A stretch of DNA of 64,000 bases from Chloroflexota bacterium (GCA_022824865.1 JAJDZD010000072.1:70848-134847), one strand, 5' to 3'; numbered from the stretch's first letter, positions 40,002-48,428 are shown. The notes: generated from the letters alone by a model not told the origin. A program made the numbers and translations.

Positions 40002-40298
40002 ATGGATGTACGCGAGGCTGCACGCACAGCCAAGACGTATATCGCCAATGTCTTTGCCGACGAGGCTATTGATGAAGTCGGACTCGAGGAAGTCGACTTT
40101 GACGACCATTCGAATCTCTGGAAGATAACCATCAGCTTCCTGCGTCCCAGGGGCGAAATGGACAGATTCCAGGCTGCGGCATCAGGCTATCCGGCCGGTA
40201 CCCCCACAATGCGTCGTTCCTTCAAGGTTGTGAACATCGACGACGGGTCCGGCAGCGTCGTTTCCGTCAAGCACCGGGTGGTGGAAGGCGCCGACTGA
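40002..40298 (+). CDS. Small acidic hypothetical protein (98 aa), upstream partner of a PIN-like gene
   Basis: GGAGAG RBS. Highly acidic (ADEAIDEVGLEEVDFDDHS). Ends 4 nt before the next ORF. No known family recognised. Confidence 0.5.
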   Translation: MDVREAARTAKTYIANVFADEAIDEVGLEEVDFDDHSNLWKITISFLRPRGEMDRFQAAASGYPAGTPTMRRSFKVVNIDDGSGSVVSVKHRVVEGAD

Positions 40299-40302
40299 CT
40301 CG

Positions 40303-40761
40303 TTGCCCGCCGCATGCTATCTCGACGCCAATCTGCTCGTGCTCCTCGTTGTCGGCGCCACGGATCAAGCCCTGGTACGTAGGCATCGTCGCCTGCAAGC
40401 ATTCGACCCTGATGACTATGAGCTTCTGGTCGAATTGCTCGGGAATTACCCGCAAGTACTGGTAACGCCAAATACACTCACCGAAACGTCCAATCTGCTA
40501 AGTCAACATGCCGAACCCCAGCGATCCAGGTTCTTTGAAACGTTCCGATCACTAATCGAAATCAACAAGGAAATAGTCGTGGAAAGCCGGCAAGCCTCAG
40601 GAAACGCATCTTTCAAGCGCCTGGGACTGACCGATGCCGCGCTTCTTGAGGTAGTCACCGCGGACACCCCGCTGATCACGGTGGACCTGGACTTATACGT
40701 GGCAGCCTTAGCAAAGTCGCCAGGTGCAGCCATAAACTTCACGCATCTCCAGCACCTCTAG
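40303..40761 (+). CDS. PIN-like domain protein
   Basis: CYLDANLLVLL (beta1 Asp), then LTETSN, LTDAALLEV and ITVDLDLYVAA acidic positions, consistent with a divergent PIN fold. Confidence 0.5.
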   Translation: MPAACYLDANLLVLLVVGATDQALVRRHRRLQAFDPDDYELLVELLGNYPQVLVTPNTLTETSNLLSQHAEPQRSRFFETFRSLIEINKEIVVESRQASGNASFKRLGLTDAALLEVVTADTPLITVDLDLYVAALAKSPGAAINFTHLQHL

Positions 40762-40987
40762 TCGTCCCCCTCTTGCGTAGGTGCCGCGTTTCCAACCGGC
40801 CTCTTCCGCGCAACCACGCCCGAAGTACGCAGAGGTCTCCCGTTACGACACCGTCCCTGCCCCCGCAGTCCTCTTCTCCCCTCCGCCTCTTTTCTCAACG
40901 CTCACTACTCTCAGCTCACTCCTTCCTCCGGCGTCCATCCTCAACCCGCCCCAAGTAAGCTAGCCCGACCCCCACGCCACCTCTCGC

Positions 40988-43936
40988 ATGCCCCGCACCG
41001 CCGAACACACCGTCAACGTCGAACTCGCCCGCCTCCTGCGCACTAGGCACCCGCGTTGGCGCAACGGCATCGGCGTTGAACAGACCGGCGTGCTGGCCGA
41101 CGCCCCCGCCCAGCGCCCCGACATCCTCATCCAGCATCCCGGCGGCCTGCCCGTCGTCATCGAGACCGAGTACCGCCCGGCTCGCGAAGTTGAACAGGAC
41201 GCCAGCAGCCGCCTCGGCGCGGTCGTCGCGGCCACCGGCGAAGCAATAGAGCAAGCCGTCGCCCTCCGCGTGCCCGTGGAACTCCGCGGCGTCAACCAGG
41301 CCCAACTGCCCCAACGCGTCGCCGAGGCCGCCTTCGACTACTGCGTCTTCACCGAGGGTGCCGAAGGCCCCGACCGCTGGCCCGCCAGCGGCTGGCTTAC
41401 CGGCGGCGTCGACGACCTCGCCGGCTTCATTGAACACACCGCCCTATCGGAGCGCCGCATCGCCCGCGGGACCTTAATTCTTGAAGTCGGCGTTCGTCAG
41501 GCCGCGGGTCGTCTTGAGGCCATGCTGCTAGAACCGGAAGGGATATTGGGCCGACGAGCGGCCGTCCTGCACCAGCAGCCCGGAGAGCAAACCGAGCGCA
41601 TGGCCATGGCGATCGTGGCCAACGCCATGACCTTTCACGCCACGCTCGTCGCAGCCAAGCTTGATGTCCGCTCGTTCGACGATCTGCGCCGGGATTCCTC
41701 GCTCAACCGTCTGAGCCGATCCATAGTCCTCGGGGAATGGCGCCGAATCCTCAGGGAGATCAACTACTGGCCGATCTTCCGGATTGCCGATGAGCTCATG
41801 TCGCCGGTCTCGGCCCGCGAAGCCTCGTCAATCCTCGAGCACTTGGCCAAAGTCGCCGACGAGCTGCACCAAATCGGCACGTCCACCACCCACGACCTCT
41901 CCGGCCAGATGTTCGGCCGTCTGATTACGGACCGGAAGTTCCTGGCCACCTTCTACACGCTTCCTGCCTCCGCCTCGCTACTGGCCGAACTGGCGGCGAC
42001 TCGTCTCGAAGTCGATTGGGCGGATTCCGTAGCTTTCACCGACCTGCGGATTGCCGATCTGGCCTGCGGCACCGGTGCCCTGCTGGCCTCGGCTTACCGC
42101 GCGGTGGCGTCCCGCCATCGCCGCGCCGGCGGCGACGATGCTCCGCTCCACGCAACCATGATGGAGCACTCACTCATCGGTGCCGACATCATGCCGGCCG
42201 CCTCCCACCTCACCGCCTCCACGCTCTCCAGCGCGCATCCCGGTGTGCCGTTTGATCGTACCCGCATACACACCATGCCCTACGGCGACCCAGAGCCTGA
42301 CGATCCCAGCGGGCGCGGTACCGCCATCGGCTCCCTGGATCTGATCCTCAGCGACGCCCAGCCGTCCCTCTTCGGTACCGGCCAGCACGCCGTCCGGGGC
42401 CGCGACCCGTCCCTAAGCGCCGAATCCTCGCCGGCGCATGTGCGGCAGGGCGACGAACTTCATGTGCCCCAGGGCTCGGTTGATCTCATGATCATGAATC
42501 CACCGTTCACCAGCCCGACAAATCACGCAGCGCAAAATAATGTCCCGATACCTTCGTTTGCTGGATTCGCCACCGGCGAGGACGAACAGCGAAGGATGTC
42601 GGAGGTACTCCGAGAGATTCGGAGGTGCCTGGAGCATCCTGTAGGTCACGGCAACGCCGGCCTCGCTTCCAACTTCATTGACCTCGCACACGCGAAGACA
42701 AAGCCGGGCGGGGTGCTCGCCCTTGTCTTGCCGCTGGCGGTGGTCTCAGGAAGCGCATGGTCATCGGCGCGGCGGATGCTGGCCCGCGACTACAGCGATC
42801 TGATAATCGTCACGATCGCGGCCGTCGGTGACACTGATCGTGCGTTCTCGTCGGACACCAGCATCGGCGAGGCGCTCGTTGTCGCAACACGGCGGGATGG
42901 CCCGGTCCACACAGACGAATCTGCGGCCGAAACGCTCTATGTGAGTCTCGGCAGGCGACCGCAGAGTCTGGCTGAGGCATCAGAGATCGCCCGCGCGGCT
43001 CGTTGTCTGCCAGATTCAGGTGGCGGGCTCTTTCAAATCGGTGACGAGACAGTCGGCTGTTTCATCCGCGCCACACTTGCTGACAGCGGATGCGCTGCGG
43101 TGCGTGAGCCGGGTGTCGCACAAGCTGCGCTTGCGGTGAGAGAGGGCTCGTTGCGCCTGCCTCGTATGCGCGAGGCGCACTCTTTGCCAATAGCTCTGCT
43201 GGCTGAACTTGGCCACCGCGGGCTGGTTCACCGCGACATCAACGGTAGAAACTCTGACGGTTCTCCCCGTGGCCCCTTCGATGTCATGCCGCGACTCGGC
43301 GCGGCGTCGGCGTACCCAATGCTCTGGCAACACGGCGCTAAACGTGAGCGGCGGCTCCGCGTAGAACCGGATACGGAGGGCCGCGTTCGGCAAGACTGTG
43401 AAACCAAAGCCATTGACGTATGGGAAACAGCAACTCGGCTCCATTTGACCCTGGACTTCCGCCTCAACTCGCAAAGCTTGGCCGTCTGCCTCACCCCCGA
43501 ACCTTCGATCGGAGGCCGAGCCTGGCCTAACTTTCGGCTATTGAACGCCGCAGGCGAAGAGGCGGTCGCGCTCTGGGCGAACAGCACCTTGGGACTGATG
43601 AGCTTTTGGTTGACTGGCGGGCGCCAGCAGCAGGGTCGCTCGATCATGACCATTTCTCAGTTGCCCGAACTGCCAACACTCGACGTACGCCAACTCAGCA
43701 TGGAACAGATCGAGCGATCCCACCGCATCTTCGCCGACTTCCTCGACTATGAATTCCTCCCCGCCAACGAGGCCTACCACGACCCTGTCCGCCAGGCACT
43801 CGACCAGGCCGTCCTCATCGACCTCCTCGGCCTCCCCGAATCCATCCTCGATCCCCTCGCCCTCCTCCGCCTTCAATGGTGCGCCGAACCCACCGTCCAC
43901 GGCGGCAAATCCACTAAGCCCCCTGAGCTACCGTAG
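40988..43936 (+). CDS. Large N6-adenine DNA methyltransferase fused to an HSDR_N-like nuclease-fold N-terminal domain (Type IIG/IIL-like single-chain restriction-modification candidate, 982 aa)
   Basis: N-terminal RPDILIQHPGGLPVVIETEY resembles the HSDR_N PD-(D/E)xK-fold domain, but the Lys is replaced. Motif I LRIADLACGTGALL. Motif IV VDLMIMNPPFTSPT (NPPF). I-then-IV order indicates gamma class. About 450 aa of C-terminal domain could be a target-recognition domain. Confidence 0.65.
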   Translation: MPRTAEHTVNVELARLLRTRHPRWRNGIGVEQTGVLADAPAQRPDILIQHPGGLPVVIETEYRPAREVEQDASSRLGAVVAATGEAIEQAVALRVPVELRGVNQAQLPQRVAEAAFDYCVFTEGAEGPDRWPASGWLTGGVDDLAGFIEHTALSERRIARGTLILEVGVRQAAGRLEAMLLEPEGILGRRAAVLHQQPGEQTERMAMAIVANAMTFHATLVAAKLDVRSFDDLRRDSSLNRLSRSIVLGEWRRILREINYWPIFRIADELMSPVSAREASSILEHLAKVADELHQIGTSTTHDLSGQMFGRLITDRKFLATFYTLPASASLLAELAATRLEVDWADSVAFTDLRIADLACGTGALLASAYRAVASRHRRAGGDDAPLHATMMEHSLIGADIMPAASHLTASTLSSAHPGVPFDRTRIHTMPYGDPEPDDPSGRGTAIGSLDLILSDAQPSLFGTGQHAVRGRDPSLSAESSPAHVRQGDELHVPQGSVDLMIMNPPFTSPTNHAAQNNVPIPSFAGFATGEDEQRRMSEVLREIRRCLEHPVGHGNAGLASNFIDLAHAKTKPGGVLALVLPLAVVSGSAWSSARRMLARDYSDLIIVTIAAVGDTDRAFSSDTSIGEALVVATRRDGPVHTDESAAETLYVSLGRRPQSLAEASEIARAARCLPDSGGGLFQIGDETVGCFIRATLADSGCAAVREPGVAQAALAVREGSLRLPRMREAHSLPIALLAELGHRGLVHRDINGRNSDGSPRGPFDVMPRLGAASAYPMLWQHGAKRERRLRVEPDTEGRVRQDCETKAIDVWETATRLHLTLDFRLNSQSLAVCLTPEPSIGGRAWPNFRLLNAAGEEAVALWANSTLGLMSFWLTGGRQQQGRSIMTISQLPELPTLDVRQLSMEQIERSHRIFADFLDYEFLPANEAYHDPVRQALDQAVLIDLLGLPESILDPLALLRLQWCAEPTVHGGKSTKPPELP

Positions 43937-44084
43937 ATTTTTCCGTCGCGCACTCAATTCCAGCAACGAAACGGAAGAGAACGATGGTGATCACTTGACA
44001 CCAGGCACGAATCCTAGCGACTCATCTATTTCGATACAGGACCTTCATGAAGATGAACTAGAGCATGTAATCAGAGTTTTTTCA

Positions 44085-45029
44085 ATGCGTATCGGATTGG
44101 ATCGGATCATCAAGAGCGCATCCGTCTCAAAGATTGTTCCAATAGACGATTTACTCGAAGCACTATCGTTGGATGAATGGCCAGCTGAAAGCGCAACACT
44201 TGACGAGCTTATATGGTGCTCGGAGCCACTCACACATGAGGACTTCAAGCGCTTACGTGAATATTCTGTGCACTGGCAGAAGACTAGTCAAGACTGGCGA
44301 CTTTGGATAGCTCGTGAGCCTTCGTTGCCGGCAGACGATAGAATGTTCTTTGACAAGCGTCGAATAATGATTAGTATATTCACCGTATATCGGATCTATA
44401 TAGATGCAGCGCATCAGAAACAATATCGATCCGCCCTGAGGCTTTGGCACCTAAAGAGATTGGCACCCACGATCCTTTTTACTGTAATTGTTCTAATTGT
44501 TATAGCCCTCAACAGCTGGCAGGCATCCGAGACGCTTACGCTGGATTTCTGGAAGACTATTCTGTTTCAGTACGTGGCATTTGGCGCGGTAATCTACACT
44601 TCACACTACATGACAGGAAAGCTCGGCTTTATCCACGGAGTGCTAACACTAACTGTCGTTTGGTTGTTCCCTTTCCACTTTTTCTTATTTGGAACGATTG
44701 AGGCTCTTGCAATCGACGTGCCACAATGGCAAACCGAACTGATGTCTTTAGGACTTAGCGTGCTAGTTGGGTTATTGATGGCGGAATTAAGGCACCCTTT
44801 AAAGAGCGTCAGTCAAATGCATTCAGAAGGCGGATGGGCGATAGTTTACAAAAATGTGTTGGCGACTCCGGCACTCGTGATGGCGCCGACCTACGGAGCC
44901 ATTAAGATAGTTGAATACTTGATCAGGGTATCGGTTCACAACAATCAGTTGGCAATTGTAGCAGTTCCTATCGGACTAATTGTCATCGTGGCGAGTGCGG
45001 AATTGATACGACGTGAGCTAAGTCGTTAG
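44085..45029 (+). CDS. Hypothetical membrane protein (N-terminal soluble domain plus 5 TM helices) encoded in an AT-rich insert
   Basis: First in-frame ATG after the upstream stop is 44085. GC content of 43937-45330 drops to roughly 45-48% against about 67% background. Five hydrophobic helices in the C-terminal 200 aa. Confidence 0.5.
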   Translation: MRIGLDRIIKSASVSKIVPIDDLLEALSLDEWPAESATLDELIWCSEPLTHEDFKRLREYSVHWQKTSQDWRLWIAREPSLPADDRMFFDKRRIMISIFTVYRIYIDAAHQKQYRSALRLWHLKRLAPTILFTVIVLIVIALNSWQASETLTLDFWKTILFQYVAFGAVIYTSHYMTGKLGFIHGVLTLTVVWLFPFHFFLFGTIEALAIDVPQWQTELMSLGLSVLVGLLMAELRHPLKSVSQMHSEGGWAIVYKNVLATPALVMAPTYGAIKIVEYLIRVSVHNNQLAIVAVPIGLIVIVASAELIRRELSR

Positions 45030-45289
45030 AAGGTGGGCTGAGCAATACAATGGATAGGAGGCTATAGCGACACGGATTGATAGACCGTGCTTTCAACGAC
45101 AGAATCGATGGAGATATGGCATTCGGACCGAAGCGTGAGCGCACAACGACTAACACTTGAGAAGATTGCAAACCACTCGAAGCGCAGAATGGATGAAATC
45201 GTTATATCCGTTGACTCTCGATCGATTCATAAGTCGAAGCGAGCGGTGCTCCCGTCGCTGAAGACTGGTTTCGTTCGTCGATTACGTGA

Positions 45290-45649
45290 TCAGCCTTCGA
45301 CTATCGAGTCAGGATGGCGGCAAGGAACCCTATAAATTCCAAGGACATTCAAGACGCTGACCAGCAGTAGGCTGACTATCCAGGTCTTGAGATTCTCAAC
45401 ATCGGCCTTTGTCGCGCACTGCCGAAACAATTCACCGCGGAGCCGATCAAACTCCTCGCGTAACTCCGCCCGCGTCAACGGCGGATCCCCGGCGTTCAAC
45501 TCGGCCGTTCGGACGCTTCCCCTCCTAAGTGGCGCAATCACCGCGCCCGCTGAAGGATTCCCAAGCTGCCCGAACAATCCTCTCGCTCGATCACACCCGC
45601 CCGACCCCGCCGGGACCTCGCCTCCACGCCGGCATCCCCGGCGCCGCAC
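45290..45649 (-). CDS. Small coiled-coil protein with C-terminal TM anchor, paralog A (start uncertain)
   Basis: Shares GNPSAGAVIAPLR...PLTRAELREEFDRLRGELFR.CATKAD...LK.W followed by a hydrophobic helix with 46706-46981. Its partner starts at the position aligned to Leu here, so a non-ATG start or the upstream ATG at 45649 are both possible. Confidence 0.45.
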   Translation of the reverse strand: MRRRGCRRGGEVPAGSGGCDRARGLFGQLGNPSAGAVIAPLRRGSVRTAELNAGDPPLTRAELREEFDRLRGELFRQCATKADVENLKTWIVSLLLVSVLNVLGIYRVPCRHPDSIVEG

Positions 45650-45704
45650 CGCCCCATCTATTCGCTTGATCAGTCAGGTCCGATAGACTGAATGACTCAC
45701 TTCG

Positions 45705-45980
45705 ATGCGAGTCCGTGAAATGGCCACGCTCCAGGTCGGCGTGCCTCCAAATGACCCCGAAGTCATGCTTGCCGAGATGCAACGCGAGCTGGATGACGTT
45801 CGTTGGATCGAGGACAACATGGCCGCGCTCGTCGAGGAGTACGGCATCAAGTTTGTCGCGGTCCGTCACCGCAAGGTTATTGGCTCGTCACACCGACTCA
45901 CCCTGCTTCTTGAAGACCTCAGGGAGCGCGACATTGCCCCAGGATCGGCCTCCATCGAAGTGCTCTACCGCCAGGAATAG
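45705..45980 (+). CDS. Small hypothetical protein (91 aa), upstream partner of a retropepsin-like protease
   Basis: Ends 6 nt before the protease ORF. No family recognised. Confidence 0.45.
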   Translation: MRVREMATLQVGVPPNDPEVMLAEMQRELDDVRWIEDNMAALVEEYGIKFVAVRHRKVIGSSHRLTLLLEDLRERDIAPGSASIEVLYRQE

Positions 45981-45986
45981 CCGACC

Positions 45987-46463
45987 GTGGCAATCCTTGG
46001 CACGGCAAGGCCTCCGAGCCCGGGGGCAAGTCCCGCGCCGTACATCCCTACCTGGGTCTACGCGCGCTACCCGGGAGCCGACAGGCGGCAGCACGTGACG
46101 GTTTCCTTCATGGTCGACACTGGAGCCGACCGAACCGTTCTGTCCCTTCGCAAGGCACGCGATCTCATAGGCGCCGATTGGAACGCTGTCTGTCAGACAT
46201 CCGTCACCCTCGAGGGCATTGGTGGTGCTCAGCCCTATTGGGAAGTTCCCATGCGGATCTGGTTCAGGGACGCCTCGGTCCAACGCTTTGTCTCTGTCGA
46301 GTCGCAAGTCCTGGTTCCGTTCTATTCAGAAGTTCAGGACTTGGCCGAACGCTCGAGTGAGCGCCGAGGTCGCGAACCGATCTCTTTACTGGGTCGCGAC
46401 GTCTTCGGCCACATGCGTCTCGAATTCGACCTTTCCCAGCCTGAGCAAGTAGTTCTGCGCTAG
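45987..46463 (+). CDS. Retropepsin-like (clan AA) aspartic protease, small single-domain bacterial/archaeal type
   Basis: FMVDTGADRTVLS contains the D-T-G-A catalytic signature of retroviral-type aspartic proteases. Size (158 aa) matches the small AF_0612-like family. LLGRDVF near the C-terminus is like the dimerisation strand. Confidence 0.55.
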   Translation: MAILGTARPPSPGASPAPYIPTWVYARYPGADRRQHVTVSFMVDTGADRTVLSLRKARDLIGADWNAVCQTSVTLEGIGGAQPYWEVPMRIWFRDASVQRFVSVESQVLVPFYSEVQDLAERSSERRGREPISLLGRDVFGHMRLEFDLSQPEQVVLR

Positions 46464-46705
46464 CGGCGGCCGTCAGTCGCCTCGGTGTCGCCGAGCCGAG
46501 GGCGAACTGCAAACGCGTGCTCAATTCGGATTACAAGACTCCCGATTAGGTCCCCGAAGCCATCGCGCACTAGACTATGACGATTGCGACTGGCTAGGTC
46601 TTGAAGGCGTTGCGGCCTGTAGCGCGATACTAACGGGCGATAAGCCTGTCCGCTTCGCGGTATCGGAAGTTCGCGAACTCCGCAATCATCGCCTGCCGCC
46701 GCGAC

Positions 46706-46981
46706 CTAGCGAGTCAGTAGAGTTGCGATTACCCCGGCCGTTCCAAGGAGATTAAGCACAACGACCAATAAGACACCAACCAGCCACGCTTTGAGATCCG
46801 CAAAGTCCGCCTTCGTCGCGCAGTGTCGAAACAGCTCACCACGGAGCCGATCAAACTCCTCACGCAACTCCGCCCGCGTCAGCGGGGCAGCCGAGGTCTT
46901 CGAGTCTGCCACTCGGACGTTTCCCTTCCTAAGTGGCGCAATCACCGCGCCCGCTGAAGGATTCCCATGCCGCCCGAACAA
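46706..46981 (-). CDS. Small coiled-coil protein with C-terminal TM anchor, paralog B
   Basis: MFGRHGNPSAGAVIAPLRKGNV...PLTRAELREEFDRLRGELFRHCATKADFADLKAWLVGVLLVVVLNLLG. Same architecture as 45290-45649. Confidence 0.5.
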   Translation of the reverse strand: MFGRHGNPSAGAVIAPLRKGNVRVADSKTSAAPLTRAELREEFDRLRGELFRHCATKADFADLKAWLVGVLLVVVLNLLGTAGVIATLLTR

Positions 46982-47299
46982 TCCTCTCGACCAATGCTAC
47001 CCAAACAACCCCGCCAAAGTTCCGGACGACCCCACCAGCGGTTCACCTTGATCGCAGCTGCGGCCGCTCTCAATCCCTTGTACCTTCCGCCGGCCTTGGA
47101 TTGACCAAGGCCACAGAGAGCGGGCCGGGACAGACCGAAAATCCCCGGGTCCGGTGAGACCGGAGGAGAGCAGGGTCGTCCCGGCCCTGACGCTGCCCCA
47201 GAGCCTGCAACCGCAAGGCTTAGTGCGGGGTCAACGTCCCTCGAGCCTACCCAATCGCCCCACCACCCCAAATCCCCGTCGGCATCCATACGCCCAGGC

Positions 47300-47400
47300 G
47301 CCACCCGCACCTCACCCCCAGCCCCCGACCCCATCCCATCCCTTTCCCTTCCCTTCCCCTCCCCCTCTCACTCCTCTGCCCTCTCCCCTCTACCCTTCTT
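47300..47400. repeat. Pyrimidine-rich direct repeat, copy A (about 100 bp)
   Basis: CCACCCGCACCTCACCCCCAGCCCCCGACCCCATCCCATCCCTTTCCCTTCCCTTCCCCTCCCCCTCTCACTCCTCTGCCCTCTCCCCTCT. Repeats at 47583-47685 with more than 90% identity. Confidence 0.7.
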
Positions 47401-47582
47401 CAAGTCCCCCACGTGCCACCGCCACCCTTGCCGGGACTGCCGGCACTCGCAGCACGGCCTGCACTGACTGCGTTGCCAGCAACGCTGGCAGCCCCCTGGT
47501 CGGCGACAGTCCGCCCACCACCCACCCGAAGGCCTTGCGGCCGGCGGGGTCCAAGTCTTCCCAAGCCCGCCAAACCTTCAAC

Positions 47583-47685
47583 CGCACGCGCACCTCGCCC
47601 CCAGCCCCCGACCCCATCCCATCCCTTTCCCTTCCCTTCCCATCCCCCTCTCACTTCTCTCCCCTCTCCCCTCTCCCCTTCCTCC
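47583..47685. repeat. Pyrimidine-rich direct repeat, copy B
   Basis: Second copy 283 bp downstream of copy A. The top strand is more than 90% C/T. Confidence 0.7.
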
Positions 47686-47801
47686 CCGGCACTTGAACCA
47701 GCCCATCGTTGACGCTTCAATTCACCCCGAGCCCCGATTGCCCGTTACCCCGGGGAGCTAACCCATTGCCCCGTCACCCCGGCCAACCTCTTGCCGAGGC
47801 C

Positions 47802-48428
47802 ATGGACGCCACTAGCGAGATAGGCCCAAGACTCTGGCTCTGGTGGACCCTTGCCACCGTCGCTGGCTGGGCCGTGGGCGAGTTCTTCTTCCGGGCGTCT
47901 GGTGAGTTTGTATGGGCTGCCATCCTGTTCAGGGGCGCCCACGTGCTGGGCGTCGGCGGGGCCGTGCTGCAAGCCCTTGTGCTTCGCCGGCATCTGCCGC
48001 GAGCCGCCTGGTGGGTTCTGGCAACCGGCGTTGCCGCCGTCCTGGGTGGTATCGCGGTGCTCGCCGCTATTGTCGACGTGCCCTACCTCACGCGAGGATT
48101 CGAAGTGCCGTCCATCGCGCTCATCCTGTTGTCCGTCCTTGCAAGCGGACTTCTCGTCGGCGCTTTCCAGTGGCTGATCTTGCGTCGGCACGTCGCTCGG
48201 GCTGGCTGGTGGGTTCCCGCCAGCGGCCTCAGCCTCACCCTCGGCTGGCTCGTCGGCGCCGTCGTGGTCGAAATCGCACTCGACCCCCGGTACCACCCCG
48301 CCGCAGTCGATCTAATCGCCGGCCTCGTGAGCGCCACCATCTACGGCGCCCTCACCGGCCATACCCTGTCTCGCCTTCTCCAATCCAGGAAGCCCAACCC
48401 CCACAACACCCAGCCCGTCCCGCACTGA
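47802..48428 (+). CDS. Hypothetical membrane protein with internal two-fold repeat (LRRH.xRAxWWV)
   Basis: Start chosen at MDATSEIGPRLWLWW. Two homologous halves each contain LxLRRHxxRAxWWV followed by TM helices. Confidence 0.45.
   Translation: MDATSEIGPRLWLWWTLATVAGWAVGEFFFRASGEFVWAAILFRGAHVLGVGGAVLQALVLRRHLPRAAWWVLATGVAAVLGGIAVLAAIVDVPYLTRGFEVPSIALILLSVLASGLLVGAFQWLILRRHVARAGWWVPASGLSLTLGWLVGAVVVEIALDPRYHPAAVDLIAGLVSATIYGALTGHTLSRLLQSRKPNPHNTQPVPH

Noticed and set aside
43749-44084. Long N-terminal extension (MNSSPPTRPTTT...) of the AT-rich membrane protein ORF
   Set aside because: That portion overlaps the 3-prime end of the methyltransferase gene in another frame and is GC-rich and Pro/Ser-rich. 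The first ATG after the MTase stop (44085) is taken as the start.
47300-47685. Possible CRISPR array
   Set aside because: There are only two long (about 100 bp) low-complexity repeat copies 283 bp apart. They lack the short regular repeat-spacer architecture, and no cas genes are present.
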